Origin: an uncultured Actinomycetes bacterium
Lineage (GTDB): Bacteria > Actinomycetota > Acidimicrobiia > IMCC26256 > PALSA-610
Length of the DNA stretch: 64,000 nt
Reading direction: 5' to 3'
NCBI GenBank assembly: GCA_963708105.1
Contig: OY970186.1
Coordinates: forward strand, 3,083,221-3,147,220
Translations under genes and position numbers: made by a program
The notes under the pieces: generated by a model
What the model saw: the letters and a program-made list of their open reading frames with translations, nothing else
Databases searched by the model: none
Told to the model about the DNA's origin: nothing
Part shown: positions 62,778-64,000 of the stretch, piece after piece
Position numbering within the stretch: position 1 is the first letter of the stretch
How the letters are laid out: the number at the start of each line of letters is the position of its first letter

Positions 62778-63854
62778 CCGACGCCCTGCGCAAGGAACGG
62801 CGCGTGAACGTCGGCCCGTTGGAGGTGACGGTCTCGATGCCGCCCGAGCTCGCCGAGCGCGTGCGCAGCAACCCGGTCTACCGGCGCGCCTTCCGGCCCG
62901 CGATGGAACGGCTGGGCCGGAGCTCGCGGGCCGCCGACCACAGCGGCGACGGCGGCGACGTCGTGACGAAGCCAAAGTTGGCGTTCCCGGATCCGGCGAC
63001 GCTCGACGCCCAGGGCCGCGCGATCCTCGAACGCGTCCGCGACTACGACTGGTACCACACCATCGATCTCGGTCACGGCGTGGTCGTACCCGGTCTCGTC
63101 GACCATCGCGCGCAGCTCCCGTACTACGGGCTGCCCGAGTCGATGAAGGGCATGCGCGTCCTCGACATCGCGACCTTCGACGGGTTCTGGGCGTTCGAGT
63201 TCGAGCGGCGCGGCGCCGAAGTGGTGGCGGCCGACATTGCATCGTGGAGCGACGTCGACATTCCGCGGCGCATGGTTCCGTACGCGGGCGAGCTCGGTCT
63301 CGACCGGCCGACCGGTGAGGGTTTCCGGCTCGCGCACGACATCCTGGGATCGAAGGTCGAACGGCTCGAGAGCAGCGTGTACGACCTCGATCCCGACAAG
63401 ATCGGCAAGTTCGATCTCGTGTTCATCAGCGACGTGCTGTTGCACCTCCGTTGCCCGCAGCTCGCGATCGAGCACGCGGCGTCGGTGTGCCGAGGGAACC
63501 TGCTCATCGCCGACGTCTACACGCCGATGCTCGAGGGCTTCGGCGACATGCGTCTCGCGCAGCTCACCGCACCGAGTCAGACGTGGTGGCTCCCGAACAT
63601 CGAGACGCTGCGCACGATGATGCTCGTGGCGGGGTGCGAACCGATCGAAGAGGTCTCGCGTTTCGTCCTCGATTGGGCCATGGACGCCCCGATGCACAAG
63701 GTCGTGCTCCGGGGTGAAGTGCCCGAGGTCCCGTCGTGGTTGCGCGAGTCGCTCGGCTGGGCCGCGCTCGAGCACGCCGAAGTGGGACACGCTCGAAGAG
63801 CCGAGCCTCGAGCGCGCGGTGATCGACGGCAACGGTGTGAGAGCCCACGCGTGA
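62774..63854 (+). CDS. CmoB/DUF1698-like methyltransferase-fold protein, paralogue 2; probable single hop near 63785
   Basis: ATGA coupling to paralogue 1. This frame is open from ATG 62774 to the window end, so it is missing from the ORF track. WYHTIDLGHGVVVPG, VLDIATFDGFWAFEFERRGAEVVAADI, FDLVFISDVLLHLR, ADVYTPMLEGFGD, TWWLPN, HKVVLRG. The alternative tail ...KWDTLEEPSLERAVIDGNGVRAHA* ends at TGA 63852-63854, overlapping the next GTG. Confidence 0.65.
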
Positions 63855-64000
63855 AGGTTGCCTTCCCGTACCCGTCGTACTGGCCCTACGTGCGACGCGG
63901 CGCGGAGCGCTGCATCCACGACATCGCGGGCTACCTCGCGGTGCGCGGTCACGAGGTCGAGATCATCACCTCGACCCCGGGGCGGGCGCGGGTCGCGCAC
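63851..64000 (+). CDS. GT4-family glycosyltransferase, N-terminal 50 codons (3' end outside window)
   Basis: VKVAFPYPSYWPYVRRGAERCIHDIAGYLAVRGHEVEIITS resembles the N-terminal Rossmann strand-helix of GT4 enzymes; GTGA coupling. Confidence 0.55.
   Translation, partial: MKVAFPYPSYWPYVRRGAERCIHDIAGYLAVRGHEVEIITSTPGRARVAH

Noticed and set aside
62774-64000. Methyltransferase paralogue 2 fused in frame to the GT4 glycosyltransferase
   Set aside because: The GT4 start GTG overlaps a TGA in the adjacent frame, the usual coupling in this cluster. The last about 25 codons before it read more plausibly in that adjacent frame, so one indel near 63785 explains the apparent fusion.
1-64000. Mobile elements, prophage, restriction-modification, toxin-antitoxin or other defence islands
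   Set aside because: No integrase, transposase, recombinase, phage structural, Cas, nuclease-methylase pair or small toxin/antitoxin pair was recognisable in any frame. The gene content is core metabolic and envelope-related.
1-64000. Genuine M. leprae-style reductive genome decay as the explanation of the broken genes
   Set aside because: Conserved motifs are intact between hops, there is essentially no nonsense or large-deletion damage, and essential genes are hit as often as accessory ones. It remains possible only if accurate reads confirm the indels.

Overview
High-GC (about 70% by eye) chromosomal segment with about 65 protein-coding genes. I saw no rRNA, tRNA, CRISPR array, transposase, integrase or recognisable phage or defence module.

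Gene content is core actinobacterial:
- a WhiB1-like regulator convergent with a PdtaS-like kinase
- an ArsA-like ATPase pair, DUF3107 and Mrp/ApbC
- a class E sortase and the Bpa proteasome activator
- a Kgd/OdhA-type fused 2-oxoglutarate dehydrogenase and a class II DAHP synthase
- a DinB/DUF664 protein

A finer lineage guess (Acidimicrobiia-like) is inference only.

Blocks along the window:
- 0-2.7 kb: HD-GYP signalling genes
- 2.7-6 kb: crotonase / carboxyltransferase / biotinyl-carrier module
- 9.3-16 kb: complete System I cytochrome c maturation operon ccmABCDEFGH plus a TPR ccmI-like gene
- 16.5-19.8 kb: sulfonate/nitrate-type ABC importer with a divergent Rrf2 regulator
- 19.8-24.2 kb: LemA, and GntR coupled to aconitase
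- 24.3-32.1 kb: Fe-S/redox neighbourhood
- 32.2-36.4 kb: lipid, DNA-repair and lysine genes
- 36.7-38.1 kb: ECF sigma/anti-sigma
- 38.3-45.2 kb: kgd, DAHP synthase, bpa, DEAD-box helicase
- 45.3-58.3 kb: two ABC-2 exporters, PadR, amidohydrolase, ParA-like ATPase, desaturase, MFS, redox enzymes
- 58.6-64 kb: glycan cluster (truncated priming transferase, repeat-filled spacer, rfbG-rfbF, two paralogous methyltransferase-like genes, GT4)

The dominant property of the window is that most genes can only be read by hopping between reading frames at single-base indels. Well over 100 hops by hand count, not computed. The peptide between hops is undamaged. The ORF track therefore fragments real genes and also shows long spurious GC-driven ORFs.

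Feature coordinates are whole-gene spans that I reconstructed by following conserved motifs across frames. Such genes are typed CDS and flagged 'frame-disrupted as assembled'. Their ends are approximate where stated.

I did not find a convincing self-contained novel system. The best candidates for follow-up are:
- the indel pattern itself and its uneven distribution
- the System I ccm operon in an actinobacterial context
- the hairpin-bearing tandem repeat array next to a truncated priming glycosyltransferase
- the tandem methyltransferase-like paralogues that lack a canonical SAM motif I
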